From positions 1,302,001 through 1,366,000 of the forward strand of contig OZ024759.1 of NCBI GenBank assembly GCA_964016885.1: a DNA stretch of 64,000 bases, read 5' to 3'. Positions 63,081 to 64,000 of the stretch are shown here, one piece after another. Below the pieces are notes generated by a model. It did no database searches and was not told the origin of the DNA. It was given only the letters and a program-made list of their open reading frames with translations. Source of the DNA: Eledone cirrhosa (lineage: Eukaryota). How positions within the stretch are numbered: the stretch's first letter is position 1; the number at the start of each line of letters is the position of its first letter. A program made the position numbers and the translations under genes.

Positions 63081-64000
63081 ACACAGTCTATCTTAGTAAC
63101 ATGACAAAGTCTATATTAGTAACATGACACAGTCTATATTAGTAACATGACAAAGTCTATATTAGTAGCATGACAAAGTCTATATTAGTAACATGACACA
63201 GTCTATATTAGTAACATGACAAAGTCTATATTAGTAACATGACAAAGTCTATATTAGTAACATGACAAAGTCTATATTAGTAACATGACTAAGTCTATAT
63301 TAGTAACATGACACAGTCTATATTAGTAACATGACAGTCTATATTAGTAGCATGACAAAGTCTATATTAGTAACATGACAAAGTCTATATTAGTAACATG
63401 ACACAGTCTATATTAGTAACATGACACAGTCTATATTAGTAACATGACAGTCTATATTAGTAACATGACAAAGTCTATATTAGTAACATGGCAAAGTCTA
63501 TGTTAGTAACATGACAAAGTCTATATTAGTAACATGACAGTCTATATTGTACCATGACACAGTCTATATTAGTAACATGACATAGTCTATATTAGTAACA
63601 TGACAAAGTCTATATTAGTAACATGACAGTCTATATTGTAACATGACACAGTCTATATTAGTAACATGACACAGTCTATATTAGTAACATGACAGTCTAT
63701 ATTAGTAACATGACACAGTCTATATTAGTAACATGACACAGTCTGTATTAGTAACATGACAGTCTATATTAGTAGCATGGCAATGTCTATATTAGTAACA
63801 TGACACAGTCTATATTAGTAACAAGACATAGTCTATATTAGTAACATGACATAGTCTATATTAGTAGCATGACAAAGTCTATATTAGTAACATGACAAAG
63901 TCTATATTAGTAACATGACACAGTCTATCTTAGTAACATGACAAAGTCTATATTAGTAACATGACACAGTCTATATTAGTAACATGACAAAGTCTATATT

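Larger units (their letters stand above)
1..64000. repeat. Tandem satellite array, 23-bp monomer ATGACA(A/C)AGTCTATATTAGTAAC with 21-bp (ATGACAGTCTATATTAGTAAC), 20-bp and 22-bp length variants; truncated at both window ends
   Basis: Every line consists of head-to-tail copies of this unit in one orientation. Variation is mostly AAA/ACA/A/ATA between GAC and GTC, GTAAC versus GTAGC, and sparse point variants. No unique spacer sequence was seen. Confidence 0.99.

Noticed and set aside
1-64000. CRISPR array (23-bp repeat with weak dyad symmetry)
   Set aside because: Repeats are directly adjacent with no unique spacers, and there is no leader or cas gene. The 1-3 nt variable core is not a spacer.
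1-64000. Repetitive protein-coding ORF (each monomer starts with ATG; the 21-mer reads MTVYISN without a stop)
   Set aside because: The 23-mers shift frame and terminate (ATG ACA AAG TCT ATA TTA GTA ACA TGA = MTKSILVT*). I saw no run of more than about two 21-mers. Minus-strand frames hit TAA or TAG within a few monomers. Only tiny ORFs exist.
1-64000. Telomerase-synthesised long telomeric repeat (23-bp units exist in some yeasts; the monomer contains TTAG)
   Set aside because: There is no G-rich strand or G run (G about equals C), and kilobase-scale inheritance of variant order indicates DNA-level duplication rather than templated addition. A subtelomeric location is not excluded.
1-64000. 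Rolling-circle, concatemer or low-complexity sequencing artefact for the whole array
   Set aside because: Variants recur at exact multi-kb offsets with nested, lineage-like sharing, which random error would not produce. Copy number of the youngest blocks still needs read support.
1-64000. Promoter, splice or p53-like signals (TATATT, minus-strand TACTAAT...TAG, AACATG)
   Set aside because: These are short, imperfect matches expected in an AT-rich monomer. TAACATGACA mismatches RRRCWWGYYY at several positions, and there is no gene context.
1-64000. Variant order as a functional code or information-storage system
   Set aside because: The pattern is adequately explained by point mutation plus in-register tandem duplication and deletion. 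Nothing in the window indicates a reader or writer mechanism.
1-64000. Assignment as centromere, or to a named organism or satellite family
   Set aside because: I recognised no diagnostic motif such as a CENP-B box, and no database search was possible. HOR structure alone does not establish centromere function.

Overview
The whole 64 kb window is one uninterrupted, single-orientation, AT-rich (about 26-30% GC per monomer) tandem satellite array, and it runs off both ends. The consensus monomer is ATGACA(A/C)AGTCTATATTAGTAAC (23 bp). It is interspersed with a common 21-bp form (ATGACAGTCTATATTAGTAAC), a common GTAGC-ended form, and rarer 20- and 22-bp forms, roughly 2,800 monomers in total (64,000 / about 22.6, an estimate). 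I saw no unique sequence, credible CDS, RNA gene, transposon, CRISPR spacer or inversion. The information lies in the order of the monomer variants. Rare variants recur at exact offsets and reveal nested higher-order repeats: a core cycle of about 2.3 kb (about 100 monomers) with older internal duplications, and recent tandem duplications at offsets of 3,561, 6,394 (containing a nested 1,695), 4,125, 4,896 (three copies) and 3,490 bp. The array divides into left, central and right domains with distinct marker variants. It looks like eukaryotic heterochromatic satellite or macro-minisatellite DNA, but I cannot name the organism, the repeat family or a function from the sequence alone. I found no evidence of a new gene-based system. 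Offsets were measured by hand between marker variants, and block boundaries are approximate.
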